A stretch of DNA of 64,000 nucleotides from Bordetella parapertussis (GCA_945861875.1 CAMAWC010000001.1:41805-105804), one strand, 5' to 3'. Positions 8,209-20,652 are shown, numbered from the stretch's first letter. The notes: a model not told the origin generated them from the sequence alone. Made by a program: numbers and translations.

Positions 8209-9372
8209 CTATTCCCAACTTAGCGCACCCCCGGTTTGGTACTCAATCACCCGCGTCTCGAAGAAGTTGCGCTCCTTCTTCAGGTCAATCATCTCGCTCA
8301 TCCACGGGAACGGATTGTTCGCCCCCGGATACATCTGGTCGATGCCGATCTGCTGGCAGCGGCGATTGGCGATATAGCGCAGATATTCCTTGAACATCGG
8401 CGCATTGAGTCCCAATACCCCGCGCGGCATGGTGTCCTCGGCGTAGCGATACTCCAGCTCAACTGCTTTTTGCATGATCGCCTGGATCTCCTCGCGAAAC
8501 TGCGCCGTCCAGAGATGCGGGTTCTCCATCTTGATCTGGTTGATGAGGTCAATACCAAAATTGCAGTGCATTGACTCATCACGCAGAATGTACTGGTACT
8601 GCTCCGCAGCGCCGGTCATTTTGTTCTGGCGGCCCATCGCCAGAATCTGCGTAAAGCCGACATAGAAGAACAGGCCTTCCATCACGCATGCAAACACGAT
8701 CATGCTCTTGAGGAGTTGCTGATCAGCCTCCGGTGTGCCGGTCTTGAAGGTCGGATTGGTCAGCACATCAATAAACGGAATCAGGAACTCGTCCTTTTCC
8801 CTGATGCTGGTTACCTCGTGATACGCGTTGAAAATCTCGCCCTCGTCAAGCCCGAGGCTTTCGACGATGTACTGATAGGCGTGGGTGTGGATGGCCTCTT
8901 CAAACGCCTGGCGCAGCAGGTACTGGCGGCACTCCGGTGCGGTGATGTGACGATAGGTCCCGAGCACGATATTGTTTGCAGCCAGCGAGTCGGCCGTGAC
9001 AAAAAAGCCCAGGTTGCGCTTGATGATACGGCGCTCATCCTCGGTCAGGGCATTCGGGTCTTTCCAGGTCGCGATATCGCGACTCATGTTTATTTCCTGC
9101 GGCATCCAGTGGTTGGCGCAGGCGGAGAGATACTTGTCCCAAGCCCATTTGTACTTGAACGGCACCAGTTGATTGACATCGGTGCTGCCATTAATTACCC
9201 GCTTGTCCTCGGCCCTGATGCGGCGCGCCGTGCTCACCGCCGCCTCCAGCTCCCTAGTGGTTTGGGCCGGAGCGGGCGACACGGGCATGAAACCGGCGGA
9301 CGGTTGCATCCCAAGCGCGGCCATCGGCTGCAGGCCGGGCATGGATTTCACATCATCGTCAAAACTCAGCAT
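8209..9372 (-). CDS. nrdB: Class Ia ribonucleotide reductase beta subunit
   Basis: 387-aa ORF with full-length similarity to NrdB. Di-iron/tyrosyl region motifs include [11 protein letters not shown] and EGLFFYVGF. Confidence 0.95.
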   Translation of the reverse strand: MLSFDDDVKSMPGLQPMAALGMQPSAGFMPVSPAPAQTTRELEAAVSTARRIRAEDKRVINGSTDVNQLVPFKYKWAWDKYLSACANHWMPQEINMSRDIATWKDPNALTEDERRIIKRNLGFFVTADSLAANNIVLGTYRHITAPECRQYLLRQAFEEAIHTHAYQYIVESLGLDEGEIFNAYHEVTSIREKDEFLIPFIDVLTNPTFKTGTPEADQQLLKSMIVFACVMEGLFFYVGFTQILAMGRQNKMTGAAEQYQYILRDESMHCNFGIDLINQIKMENPHLWTAQFREEIQAIMQKAVELEYRYAEDTMPRGVLGLNAPMFKEYLRYIANRRCQQIGIDQMYPGANNPFPWMSEMIDLKKERNFFETRVIEYQTGGALSWE

Positions 9373-9431
9373 GGTCTATGCCTCCGTGTCTTGTTGCTGC
9401 ATCAGGCGCACGTGTGTATTCAATACCGGCA

Positions 9432-12296
9432 TCATTGACAGGCCTCGCACTCGGGATCGTCAATGGCGCAGAATTTGACTGCGGCATCGGCGGCGGCGGT
9501 CGCAGCCATCGCGCTTTCGACCCCGCCTTCGGGCACGGCGTTCAACTGTCCCGCCTTGACAGTCGAGCGCTCCGCATGGGTGGCCCCCATGGAACGCAGG
9601 TAATAGGTTGTCTTCAGGCCGCGCTGCCAGGCAAGCTTGTAGGTATCATCCAGTTTCTTGCCCGAGGGCGCGCCGATGTAAAGATTGAGCGACTGCGCCT
9701 GGTCAATCCACTTCTGGCGCCGCCCTGCCGCCTCAACCAGCCAGGACGGATCGACTTCAAACGCCGTTGCATACAAGCGGCGCAGCTCTGCCGGAGCCCG
9801 GTCAATCTTGGCCAGGTTGCCGTCAAAATACTTCAGGTCGGCAATCATCACCTCGTCCCACAGGCCAGCCTTCTTAAGATCAGCAACCAGGTACTCGTTG
9901 ACCACCGTGAACTCGCCCGAAAGGTTCGATTTCACATAAAGATTCTGGTAGGTGGGCTCTATCGAGGCTGACACGCCGATGATGTTCGATATGGTGGCTG
10001 TCGGCGCAATGGCGAGGCAGTTGGAATTGCGCATGCCATGTCGCTTGATGCGTTCGCGCAAGGCCTTCCAGTCCATGCTTTCGGACATGTTGATGTCGAC
10101 GTAACCGCCGCGTTCATCGCGCAGCAGATTGAGCGAATCCTGCGGAAGAATGCCGCGATCCCACAACGACCCCTTGTAAGAGGCATAGCGGCCGCGCTCT
10201 TCGGCGATTTCGGTCGACGCCCAGTAGGCGTAGTAGGCAACCGATTCCATCGACTGGTCGGCAAACTGCACCGCCTCCTCGGAGGCATACGGAATGCGCA
10301 AGGAGTGCAGGCAATCCTGGAAACCCATGATGCCCATGCCCACCGGACGGTGGCGCAGGTTTGAATTGCGCGCTTTTTCCACGGCGTAGTAGTTGATGTC
10401 GATCACGTTATCGAGCATGCGCATCGCCGTTGAGACGGTTTTCTTGAGCTTGACCTGGTCGACCTTGCCGTCCTTGAGGTGCGCCACCATGTTAATCGAG
10501 CCGAGGTTGCAAACCGCGATCTCGTTTTCATTGGTGTTAAGCGTGATCTCGGTGCACAGATTGGAACTGTGGACGACGCCGATATGCTGCTGGGGCGAAC
10601 GGATATTGCACGGATCCTTGAACGTGACCCAAGGATGCCCGGTCTCGAACAGCATGGAGAGCATCTTGCGCCACAGCTGTACTGCTGGCACCTTCTTGAA
10701 CAACTTCATTTCGCCCCTGGCGACCTTGTCTTCATAACCAACGTAGGCTTTTTCGAAAGCCTTGCCATAGGTGTCATGCAGGTCCGGCGCATCAGAGGGC
10801 GAGAAAAGCGTCCAATCCTGATTTTCCATGACCCGTTTCATGAACAGGTCGGGAATCCAATTGGCGGTATTCATGTCATGCGTACGGCGGCGGTCGTCGC
10901 CGGTGTTCTTGCGCAACTCGAGGAATTCCTCGATGTCCAGGTGCCAGGTTTCAAGGTAAGAGCAGACCGCGCCCTTTCTCTTGCCGCCTTGGTTGACCGC
11001 GACAGCGGTGTCGTTTACCACCTTGAGGAAGGGAACGACCCCCTGGCTCTTACCGTTGGTCCCCTTGATGTGGCTGCCAAGGGCGCGCACCGGCGTCCAG
11101 TCATTGCCCAAGCCGCCCGCGTACTTGGCCAGCAAGGCGTTTTCCTTGATCGCCTCGTAGATACCGTCCAGATCGTCCGACACCGTCGTCAGATAACAGG
11201 ACGAAAGCTGCGACCGGTTTGTGCCCGAATTGAACAGCGTCGGGGTCGAACTCATGAAGTCAAACGAAGACAGTACATTGTAAAACTCGATGGCCCTCGC
11301 CTCTCGATCGATCTCCCCAAGCGCGAGGCCCATCGCCACACGCATGAAAAAGATCTGCGGAAGTTCGATGCGCCTGTCGCTGACGTGTAGGAAATAGCGG
11401 TCGTATAGCGTCTGCAAGCCAAGGTAGCCGAATTGCAGGTCACGACTCGCGTCCAGCGCCTTGCCCAGTTTCTTGGCATCGAAGGTGCCCAGCCTGGGGT
11501 CGAGCAATTCCGCCTTTATACCCATCTTGATGAACTGCGGCAGATACTCGGCATAACGCTTTTTCATTTCCGCCTGGGAAACATCCTCTCCAAGCACCTC
11601 ATGACGAATGGTGTTCAGCAGGAGTCGCGAGGTGACATAGCTGTAAGCCGGGTCCTTTTCAATCAGGGCGCGCGAGGACAGCACCGCCGACTTACGCACT
11701 TCGTCCATCGGAACGCCGTCATACAGGTTCTTCAGCGTTTCCTGGAGTATGTGGCTGGCATCGACCGCGGCACCCAGTCCCTCGCAGGCCGATTGCACCA
11801 GGCCGGTAAGGCGATCCATGTCGAGCGGACGCTTCTGGCCGTGCTCGAGCACGTTTATCCGCGATTCAGTGGTGGGTTTGTGCTGCGCTTTTTCCTGGGC
11901 GCGCGCCTTGGAGCGTTGTTCGCGATACAGGACATAGGCCCGAGCGACTTCATGTTCGCCCGAGCGCATCAAGGACAACTCTACCTGATCCTGGATGTCT
12001 TCAATATGAAAGGTCCCGCCTGCGGGCTGGCGGCGCACCAAGGCGCTGACGACGCCTTCGGTCATATTCACAACCAGTTCGCGGACACGGGCCGAAGCCG
12101 CGCCTTGTCCGCCGTTGATGGCGAGAAAAGCCTTGGTTACGGCAACCGAAATTTTGCCCGGCTCAAAGCCGACCACGGCGCCATTGCGGCGAATAACTTT
12201 GTACTGCGAGAACGGGGACTGCAGACCGGTAGAGTCAAGTGGGAGACTCGTGCCCGAGGCAGGAGTGGGTGTTGCGACATCAGCAGCAATTTGCAT
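9432..12296 (-). CDS. nrdA: Class Ia ribonucleotide reductase alpha subunit
   Basis: 954-aa ORF with an N-terminal ATP-cone, catalytic-core motifs (NLCTEI, SSCYL) and a C-terminal Cys pair (..ECEACQ). Confidence 0.95.
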   Translation of the reverse strand: MQIAADVATPTPASGTSLPLDSTGLQSPFSQYKVIRRNGAVVGFEPGKISVAVTKAFLAINGGQGAASARVRELVVNMTEGVVSALVRRQPAGGTFHIEDIQDQVELSLMRSGEHEVARAYVLYREQRSKARAQEKAQHKPTTESRINVLEHGQKRPLDMDRLTGLVQSACEGLGAAVDASHILQETLKNLYDGVPMDEVRKSAVLSSRALIEKDPAYSYVTSRLLLNTIRHEVLGEDVSQAEMKKRYAEYLPQFIKMGIKAELLDPRLGTFDAKKLGKALDASRDLQFGYLGLQTLYDRYFLHVSDRRIELPQIFFMRVAMGLALGEIDREARAIEFYNVLSSFDFMSSTPTLFNSGTNRSQLSSCYLTTVSDDLDGIYEAIKENALLAKYAGGLGNDWTPVRALGSHIKGTNGKSQGVVPFLKVVNDTAVAVNQGGKRKGAVCSYLETWHLDIEEFLELRKNTGDDRRRTHDMNTANWIPDLFMKRVMENQDWTLFSPSDAPDLHDTYGKAFEKAYVGYEDKVARGEMKLFKKVPAVQLWRKMLSMLFETGHPWVTFKDPCNIRSPQQHIGVVHSSNLCTEITLNTNENEIAVCNLGSINMVAHLKDGKVDQVKLKKTVSTAMRMLDNVIDINYYAVEKARNSNLRHRPVGMGIMGFQDCLHSLRIPYASEEAVQFADQSMESVAYYAYWASTEIAEERGRYASYKGSLWDRGILPQDSLNLLRDERGGYVDINMSESMDWKALRERIKRHGMRNSNCLAIAPTATISNIIGVSASIEPTYQNLYVKSNLSGEFTVVNEYLVADLKKAGLWDEVMIADLKYFDGNLAKIDRAPAELRRLYATAFEVDPSWLVEAAGRRQKWIDQAQSLNLYIGAPSGKKLDDTYKLAWQRGLKTTYYLRSMGATHAERSTVKAGQLNAVPEGGVESAMAATAAADAAVKFCAIDDPECEACQ

Positions 12297-12414
12297 ACGC
12301 GGTCTCCTCTTTTCCTAGCGCTTGTGACTCATTAGAAGCTGGGGATGAACACCGCACACTGCCCGACAGCCCCGTTGCTAGCCGAACGTTTGCTCGCGCC
12401 ACACTCCCCGCGAA

Positions 12415-12462
12415 CCACAATATATAGTATCTCACCAAGACCTTGCAACTAATTCTAGTGGT
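12415..12462. promoter_or_regulatory. Two candidate NrdR boxes in the nrdAB promoter
   Basis: CCACAATATATAGTAT lies at 12415-12430 and CAACTAATTCTAGTGG at 12447-12462, with centres 32 bp apart. Both are AT-rich palindrome-like 16-mers with CAC..GTG-type ends, matching the NrdR box pattern from memory. Box 2 overlaps the predicted -10. Confidence 0.6.
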
Positions 12463-12480
12463 GGAATTATGTATATGCAA
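12452..12480 (-). promoter_or_regulatory. Putative sigma70 promoter of nrdAB (TTGCAT-17 nt-TAGAAT)
   Basis: On the minus strand TTGCAT lies at 12480-12475 and TAGAAT at 12457-12452, about 155 nt upstream of the nrdA ATG. Confidence 0.5.
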
Positions 12481-12618
12481 GGTTTTTTTGTGGATAGGCT
12501 GTGGACAGCGTGTGAATTGAACAGGGGAATCGGCGAAGCCGATGGCGCGCCGGGGCTGCGGCACGGCAACACAAAAGAAGGGGGGGCGCCACACAGTTGT
12601 GTGGCACGTTGGCACGCC

Positions 12619-13179
12619 CTAAGTGTCGGACAATGCGCGACGGTAACGCGGCCAGTCAAATGCCCCACCAGGGTCGCTCTTGCGACCGGGAGCGATGTCC
12701 GAGTGCCCCGCCAGGTCTAGGATCGGGTAACGTCGGCGCAAGACGCGCGTCAAATGTGCCAGCGTTTCGTACTGGGCATCGGCGTACGGCAGTTCATCCA
12801 CCCCTTCGAGTTCCACCCCAATCGAAAAATCGTTGCAGCGGTCCCTGCCGCGCCAGTTGGACAGGCCGGCATGCCAGGCACGGTCGAGGCATGAAACAAA
12901 TTGCAGCAGTTCGCCTCCGCGCCTGACCAGGAAATGCGATGAGACGCACAGGCCACGCAGGGTTTCAAAGTAAGGATGGGCGGCGTAATCGAGCGTATTG
13001 CAAAATAGGCGGACAATGCCATCACCACCGAACTCACCCGGCGGCAGACTTATGTTGTGTACGACCAGCAGGCTTATGCCGGCATTCGGGGGGCGGGCGT
13101 CAAAATTGGGGGAGGGGACCCAGATCACACCGCCGGCGCGTCCGGCATCGTCAATTTCGCCAACCGTAGCGCTAGCCAT
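12619..13179 (-). CDS. ampD: 1,6-anhydro-N-acetylmuramyl-L-alanine amidase AmpD
   Basis: 186-aa ORF with amidase_2 pattern (SPNFDARP, LLVVHNISLPPGEFGG, AWHAGLSNW, FSIGVELEG, GHSDIAPGRKSDPG). Confidence 0.85.
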   Translation of the reverse strand: MASATVGEIDDAGRAGGVIWVPSPNFDARPPNAGISLLVVHNISLPPGEFGGDGIVRLFCNTLDYAAHPYFETLRGLCVSSHFLVRRGGELLQFVSCLDRAWHAGLSNWRGRDRCNDFSIGVELEGVDELPYADAQYETLAHLTRVLRRRYPILDLAGHSDIAPGRKSDPGGAFDWPRYRRALSDT

Positions 13180-13196
13180 GCCGGGGAAATCGTGCT

Positions 13197-14579
13197 CTAG
13201 CGTATGTCAAGGCGCTCCATCCGGTAACGCAGCGCCCGGAAAGTGATGCCAAGAAGCTTGGCGGCAGCGGTGCGGTTAAAGCGCGTTTTGTCCAAGACTT
13301 CCAGAATCGCCTCACGCTCCAGGCGATCAAGATAGTCTTGCAGCGGCCACTTTGCGCCAGGACCGGACGGTTCCGCGGCAACCGCGGTTTCGGCAAGCTG
13401 CAGGTCCTCGACTTCGATCTGCTCGGACGCCGCCAGCGCAACGGCGCGCTCCAGTATGTTCTCCAACTCTCGCGCGTTCCCGGGAAAATCATATTGCTGC
13501 AGCGCGGCGACCGCCGCCTGGCTCAGACGGTGGGGTGACGCTCCCGCCGAACCGGCAAGTCGCTCCAGAATCGCTGCGGCGAGTAGCGGAATGTCCTCAC
13601 GGCATTCGCGCAAGGGAGGCAGGTGCAAACCGATGACATTTAGCCGGTAGTAAAGGTCCTGGCGGAATTTTCCTGCCTCAACACAACTTGCCAGATTCTG
13701 GTGGGTAGCACAGATCAGGCGCACGTCCACCGGGTCCTCGTTGGTCGCACCGACCTTGCGGGCGCCTTTTTCCTGGATCGCCCGCAACAGTTTTACCTGC
13801 ATGGCGAGCGGCAAGTCGGCGACTTCATCGAGAAACAATGTGCCGCCGCTGGCCGCCTGGAAAAAACCATCCCGATCCGCCTCCGCGCCGGTAAAGGCAC
13901 CTTTCTTGTAGCCAAAGAATTCGCTTTCCATCAAATTTTCCGGGATGGCGCCACAGTTGACCGGGACGAAGGATTTTCCGCCCCGCGCGCCGTTTTCATG
14001 GATTAATCGCGCCGCGAGTTCCTTCCCGCTGCCCGATTCACCGGAAAGGTAGACGGGCGCCTGGCTGCGAGACAATTTTTCGATCATCGCCCGCACCTGC
14101 GCGATTGGCGGACTGCTCCCCAGCAAACGGCGCCCGGAGGGAGAGTCCACCGCGCCCTTGGGGGTAACAGGCAACGCCAGCGCCGATTTGATCAAGCTGC
14201 GCAACTGGTCGAGCGATATCGGCTTGGACAGGTAATCGAATGCGCCCGCCTTGAGTGCGGCGACCGCGCTTTCGGTGCTGCCGTAAGCGGTAATTACGGC
14301 CACCGGGGTATCAACGCATGCTGTCGATATGTGACGCACCAGCTCAATTCCCTCCCCGTCGGGCAGGCGCATGTCGGTCAGGCACAGATCGTACTCACGC
14401 AACCCCAAGAGGCGCTTGGCCTCGCCCACCGTGCCGGCGCTGTCCACGCCCAGCCCCATGCGGACAAGCGTCAGCTCCAGGAGTTCGCGAATATCCGCCT
14501 CGTCATCGACCACGAGCACGGTGGACGCAAGCCCCGGGCCACGCCGCTCCTGGGATTTTACTGTCGATGTGACGGCCAT
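13197..14579 (-). CDS. Sigma54-dependent two-component response regulator (PilR/NtrC class)
   Basis: Contains a receiver domain (VLVVDDEADIRELL), an AAA+ domain with GESGSGKE and the GAFTGA loop (KKGAFTGA), and a C-terminal Fis-type HTH (AAKLLGITFRALRYRMERL). The start is placed at ATG 14579, a 22-nt overlap with the kinase gene. The track's longer start at 14645 is unlikely. Confidence 0.85.
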   Translation of the reverse strand: MAVTSTVKSQERRGPGLASTVLVVDDEADIRELLELTLVRMGLGVDSAGTVGEAKRLLGLREYDLCLTDMRLPDGEGIELVRHISTACVDTPVAVITAYGSTESAVAALKAGAFDYLSKPISLDQLRSLIKSALALPVTPKGAVDSPSGRRLLGSSPPIAQVRAMIEKLSRSQAPVYLSGESGSGKELAARLIHENGARGGKSFVPVNCGAIPENLMESEFFGYKKGAFTGAEADRDGFFQAASGGTLFLDEVADLPLAMQVKLLRAIQEKGARKVGATNEDPVDVRLICATHQNLASCVEAGKFRQDLYYRLNVIGLHLPPLRECREDIPLLAAAILERLAGSAGASPHRLSQAAVAALQQYDFPGNARELENILERAVALAASEQIEVEDLQLAETAVAAEPSGPGAKWPLQDYLDRLEREAILEVLDKTRFNRTAAAKLLGITFRALRYRMERLDIR

Positions 14580-16141
14580 TGGATCCTGAATTGGGCGCCC
14601 GGGCCCCGGTCTATGTAATCCAGCACGGCACCATTCGCCGCACACAATTCCCGGGCGATATACAAACCGAGCCCGGTGCCTCCGCTGTAGGTGGTGAAGA
14701 AGGGCTCGAACAGTTGCGCCTGCAATTCACGGGCAACCCCCGTGCCATCGTCTGACACGTGCAATTCTACCCGATTCAAATGGCGCAAAACCTGCACTCT
14801 CACGCTGCCCGGTTGACTGCGGCAGTGACGCGTCGCGTTGCGCAGCAGGTTCCATATGACCTGGTGCAGATGGACAGGATCCGTCTCCACAACGGCGCCC
14901 TCGACCAGATCGAGCTCAATGCAATCCTCGGCAATTCCCTCCTGCGCGACGAACTCTTGCACAAATGACGGCAGGAACACACCGATATCAAGAGCTTCCG
15001 GTTGCACCCGGTCGCGCCGGGAGAGTTCAAGCACATCGCGAACCATCCGGTCCAGGCGCTGGGCATTGTCGCGAATGATCGCGGTAAGACGCGCCTGCCC
15101 TTCGGCACGTTGCTCCTCACACAGGAGGTCGCTGGCATGTGTGATCGCCGAAAGGGGATTGCGGATCTCGTGCGCAATATTCGCGGTCAGACGCCCCAGG
15201 GCCGCCAGTTTCAATTGCTGCGCCTGCTCCTGCAGGCGCGACATGTCATCAAGGAAAACAAGTGTAAAACTGCCCCCTTCGATGCCGGCCTCGACAAACC
15301 GGGCTCGCACCAGTTTTCCGCTTTCGACGTGCCTGAGCGTATTGCGGGACGCCCCGCCGCGGCGCCAATCGAGCAGCAGGGCCGCCAGCTCGTGCGAATA
15401 ATCCTCGACCTGCGCCAGTTCCGGGGTGGCTCCACCCAACAGCATCGTCACCTGCGGATTGCTTTGGCGCACAAGACCGTTGTTGTCGACCACCAGCACG
15501 CCATCCTGCACGTCCTGTATGACCAGTTGGTTGATACGAAGCTGGTTGGCAAGGTCGATGCCCCGCTGGCGGGCCAGCCTCTCGTTGGTAATGACCCGTT
15601 GCGCCAGCTGGTTCGTTATCAGGGCCGTGGCAAAATAGCCAATTGACAACAGGCCGGGCTGCACAAATCCTGCCGTTGTCTGATCATAAACAAGAACCCA
15701 GAACGCCTGTTCGAGTAATACTGCTATCGACGCAAGGGCGGCGTAAAACAACATCAGCTTGCGCTTGCTGACCAACGCAGCGGCGGCGAGGGAAATGAGC
15801 AGCATTACGCCAAGTCCGCTGCGCATGCCGCTCGAGGCATTCATCAGCAACACTGTTGCCACGATATCCGTTATCACCTGCAGCGAAAGTTGCAGGTCAA
15901 AGTAAGCCCGATAGCGCTCAAGCAACAGTTGATACGCCACCGCGAGCATGAGATAGCCCATGCTGACGTAGGTAAAACGGCTCAGCGAGTAGGTGCCGAA
16001 ATTGAGCGCGTCCTCAAAGACCAGCACTGCCAGCAGGAACATCCCCGCCACAAGCAGGCGATAAATATTGAAGTAACGAAGCGAAACCCAGAAAGAGTCT
16101 GGTCGCTGCTCCTCCGGATACCGCCAGTCAGCGGTTCGCAT
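14558..16141 (-). CDS. PilS-like sensor histidine kinase with polytopic N-terminal domain
   Basis: About six N-terminal TM helices (FWVSLRYFNIYRLLVAG...), a PAS-like linker, H-box HEIRNPLSAI and G-box GGTGLGLYIAREL. The start is placed at M38 of the track ORF (16141). Confidence 0.8.
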   Translation of the reverse strand: MRTADWRYPEEQRPDSFWVSLRYFNIYRLLVAGMFLLAVLVFEDALNFGTYSLSRFTYVSMGYLMLAVAYQLLLERYRAYFDLQLSLQVITDIVATVLLMNASSGMRSGLGVMLLISLAAAALVSKRKLMLFYAALASIAVLLEQAFWVLVYDQTTAGFVQPGLLSIGYFATALITNQLAQRVITNERLARQRGIDLANQLRINQLVIQDVQDGVLVVDNNGLVRQSNPQVTMLLGGATPELAQVEDYSHELAALLLDWRRGGASRNTLRHVESGKLVRARFVEAGIEGGSFTLVFLDDMSRLQEQAQQLKLAALGRLTANIAHEIRNPLSAITHASDLLCEEQRAEGQARLTAIIRDNAQRLDRMVRDVLELSRRDRVQPEALDIGVFLPSFVQEFVAQEGIAEDCIELDLVEGAVVETDPVHLHQVIWNLLRNATRHCRSQPGSVRVQVLRHLNRVELHVSDDGTGVARELQAQLFEPFFTTYSGGTGLGLYIARELCAANGAVLDYIDRGPGAQFRIQWPSHRQ

Positions 16142-16152
16142 GAGGGGACGGC

Positions 16153-16380
16153 TCAACGCGGCCCGAGTCTGCGGTGCGCCTCTCCGCAGAAATACGCCCC
16201 ACCCTCTTTGAGCGCCTCGATCTGGGGCAGGTTGACACCGCAATGAGCACAACCGACCATGCGCTCGCCTTCAGTCGAGGCATGCGCCTCCGGCTTTCGT
16301 GCCGACGCCTTGCGGCCAAACCCCTTTACCAACAGGTAGAGGACGGCCGCTGCCAGAATAAGGAGGAGTAGCTTGCTCAA
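16153..16380 (-). CDS. PP0621-family small protein (N-terminal TM helix plus C-terminal Cys/His zinc-ribbon-like motif)
   Basis: C-terminal motif CAHCGVNLPQIEALKEGGAYFCGEAH; hydrophobic segment SKLLLLILAAAVLYLLV. A TTG start at 16380 is preferred to the ATG at 16467. The gene lies 11 nt upstream of the kinase gene. Family name is from memory. Confidence 0.55.
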   Translation of the reverse strand: MSKLLLLILAAAVLYLLVKGFGRKASARKPEAHASTEGERMVGCAHCGVNLPQIEALKEGGAYFCGEAHRRLGPR

Positions 16381-16478
16381 TTTGGGGAACTCCGGCGAGA
16401 TTGCCTGCGGACGCTTGCCACGCCACGGCGGGTTATCCCGCAAGCGCCATTCATATGCGGAAAACAAACGGATATCCC

Positions 16479-16555
<77 letters not shown>

Positions 16556-16620
16556 AGAAATCCAACTGCAAACACGCACAAACCTTGCTTACTTGATACA
16601 GATACCCTCAGCGCGATCGG

Positions 16621-17613
16621 TCAGTGGTCACGTTCCGCCGCAAAGGATGCTAATTCTACCAAAGAATCCTTGAATGCTGACTCCGGCAGCACGGCAATCG
16701 CCGCACACGCCATCTGCGCTTCGCGCCTTGCCTGATTGCGGGAGTAGTCAAGCGCCCCGGTCGAGTGTATCGCCGCCAATACCTCGTCAAAGGAATCCCG
16801 GCCGCCTTTCTCGATCGCATCGCGCACAACCCGCACCTGCTCGGCGGTTCCGCGCAACATGACGTGTATCAGGGGAAGGGTGGGCTTGCCTTCGTTAAGA
16901 TCGTCCCCAAGATTCTTGCCGGTCTGCTCCAGATCCCCGGAGTAATCGAGCACGTCGTCAAGCAACTGAAAAGCAGTGCCCAGATGCGCACCGTAGCGGG
17001 ACAAACCCTCCTCCACCGGTTGGGACGCTCCACCGATAATCGCCCCGAGCCGGGCTGCCGCCTCAAACAGCTTGGACGTCTTGCGACGAACCACCTCAAG
17101 GTAACGGGCCTCATCGACATCGGCGTCATGCACATTGAGTAGTTGCATGACTTCCCCCTCCGCGATGATATTTGTCGCATCCGCCAGAACCTCCAGTACG
17201 CGAAGATTGCTCAGGCCGACCATCATCTGAAACGACCGCGAGTAAAGGAAGTCCCCGACCAGCACGCTGGCCGGGTTGCCGAACCGGGCGTTGGCGGTAT
17301 CCCGGCCGCGACGCAACTCGGATTCATCGACCACATCGTCGTGCAACAGTGTGGCGGTGTGGATAAACTCCACCACCGCGGCAAGTTCATGATGATCTTG
17401 ACCGCGGTAGCCAAGGCCGCCCGCCGCCAGAAGGACCAGGGCCGGCCTGAGGCGCTTCCCGCCACCGGCAATGATGTACTCAGAGATCTGGCTGATAAGA
17501 ACAACGTCCGAATCCAGGCGCCGCCGAATCAGCAGGTCCACCGCCTGCATATCGGCACCAATGAGTTTTCGCACCGCGTCCAGGGCCGGGCTAACGCCCT
17601 GAGTTGAAAGCAT
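16621..17613 (-). CDS. ispB: Octaprenyl-diphosphate synthase
   Basis: 331 aa from ATG 17613 (MLSTQG..). Both polyprenyl synthase Asp-rich motifs are present (LLHDDVVDES and LLDDVLDY). The upstream 120 codons of the track ORF are non-coding-like. Confidence 0.9.
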   Translation of the reverse strand: MLSTQGVSPALDAVRKLIGADMQAVDLLIRRRLDSDVVLISQISEYIIAGGGKRLRPALVLLAAGGLGYRGQDHHELAAVVEFIHTATLLHDDVVDESELRRGRDTANARFGNPASVLVGDFLYSRSFQMMVGLSNLRVLEVLADATNIIAEGEVMQLLNVHDADVDEARYLEVVRRKTSKLFEAAARLGAIIGGASQPVEEGLSRYGAHLGTAFQLLDDVLDYSGDLEQTGKNLGDDLNEGKPTLPLIHVMLRGTAEQVRVVRDAIEKGGRDSFDEVLAAIHSTGALDYSRNQARREAQMACAAIAVLPESAFKDSLVELASFAAERDH

Positions 17614-17667
17614 AAATTTTATAAAATTGTGGGTTATTTCAGCGCACAGAGCATAGCACAGCACACT

Positions 17668-17697
17668 TTGACCTTGTTGCCATACTTCCTGTATAAT
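17668..17697 (+). promoter_or_regulatory. Putative sigma70 promoter of rplU-rpmA (TTGACC-18 nt-TATAAT)
   Basis: TTGACC lies at 17668-17673 and TATAAT at 17692-17697, 35 nt upstream of the rplU ATG. Confidence 0.55.
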
Positions 17698-17731
17698 GTT
17701 TGGTTTCCTGCAATATAGTTTGGAGTCGCAC

Positions 17732-18043
17732 ATGTATGCGGTCGTCAAGACTGGTGGTAAGCAGTATCGCGTTGCTGCCGGCGAAAAATTCAAGGTAGAA
17801 AAACTGACGGCGGAAGTCGGCAGTGAGGTCGTACTTGACCAGGTTCTGATGGTCGGCGAAGGCGACAACGTGAAGGTTGGCGCCCCGCTCCTCAGCGGCG
17901 CTGCCGTCAAGGCGACAGTGGTTTCCCACGGGCTCGGCGACAAGGTCAAGATTTTCAAATTACGCCGCCGCAAGCACTATCAAAAGCACCAAGGTCACCG
18001 CCAGGCCTACACGGAATTGCAGATCACCGGGATTTCGGCCTAG
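17732..18043 (+). CDS. rplU: 50S ribosomal protein L21
   Basis: [14 protein letters not shown]... is the canonical L21 N-terminus. 103 aa from ATG 17732. Confidence 0.95.
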   Translation: MYAVVKTGGKQYRVAAGEKFKVEKLTAEVGSEVVLDQVLMVGEGDNVKVGAPLLSGAAVKATVVSHGLGDKVKIFKLRRRKHYQKHQGHRQAYTELQITGISA

Positions 18044-18075
18044 TCGGCACGACTTCGCCCTAAGGAGAGAAACTC

Positions 18076-18333
18076 ATGGCACATAAAAAGGCAGGCGGCA
18101 GTTCCCGTAACGGTCGCGATTCCCAGTCCAAACGTCTCGGCGTAAAGCGCTACGGCGGTCAAGCCGTCAACGCCGGCGAAATTATCGTTCGCCAGCGTGG
18201 CACGCGAATCCATCCCGGGTTCAACGTCGGGATGGGCAAAGACCACACCCTGTTTGCCAAGGTCGCTGGAAAAGTGGCCTTCGGCGTCAAGGGCCCAGCC
18301 GGACGGAACATCGTAAGCATCGTTACAGCCTGA
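18076..18333 (+). CDS. rpmA: 50S ribosomal protein L27
   Basis: [16 protein letters not shown].. is the canonical L27 N-terminus. 85 aa. Confidence 0.95.
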   Translation: MAHKKAGGSSRNGRDSQSKRLGVKRYGGQAVNAGEIIVRQRGTRIHPGFNVGMGKDHTLFAKVAGKVAFGVKGPAGRNIVSIVTA

Positions 18334-18353
18334 TCTGCGCGCGCCGCATAAAA

Positions 18354-18382
18354 AGCCCTGTCGATGCGACGGGGCTTTTTTG
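18354..18382 (+). terminator. Rho-independent terminator after rpmA
   Basis: AGCCCTGTCG-ATG-CGACGGGGCT forms a hairpin followed by T6. Confidence 0.8.
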
Positions 18383-18408
18383 TTTCCACCGGCGCAATGC
18401 ATGATTAG

Positions 18409-20597
<2,189 letters not shown>

Positions 20598-20652
20598 GCA
20601 GCGACTCTCCGCGGAATGGCGGTTGGCGGGCCGCACTTCGCCGGGCCAAACT

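Noticed and set aside
12597-12616. TGGCACGTTGGCACG, a sigma54-like double GGCAC.
   Set aside because: No TTGC/GC element lies at the required 11-12 nt spacing. On the plus strand it would point into the 3' end of the oppositely oriented ampD gene, so it has no gene to drive.
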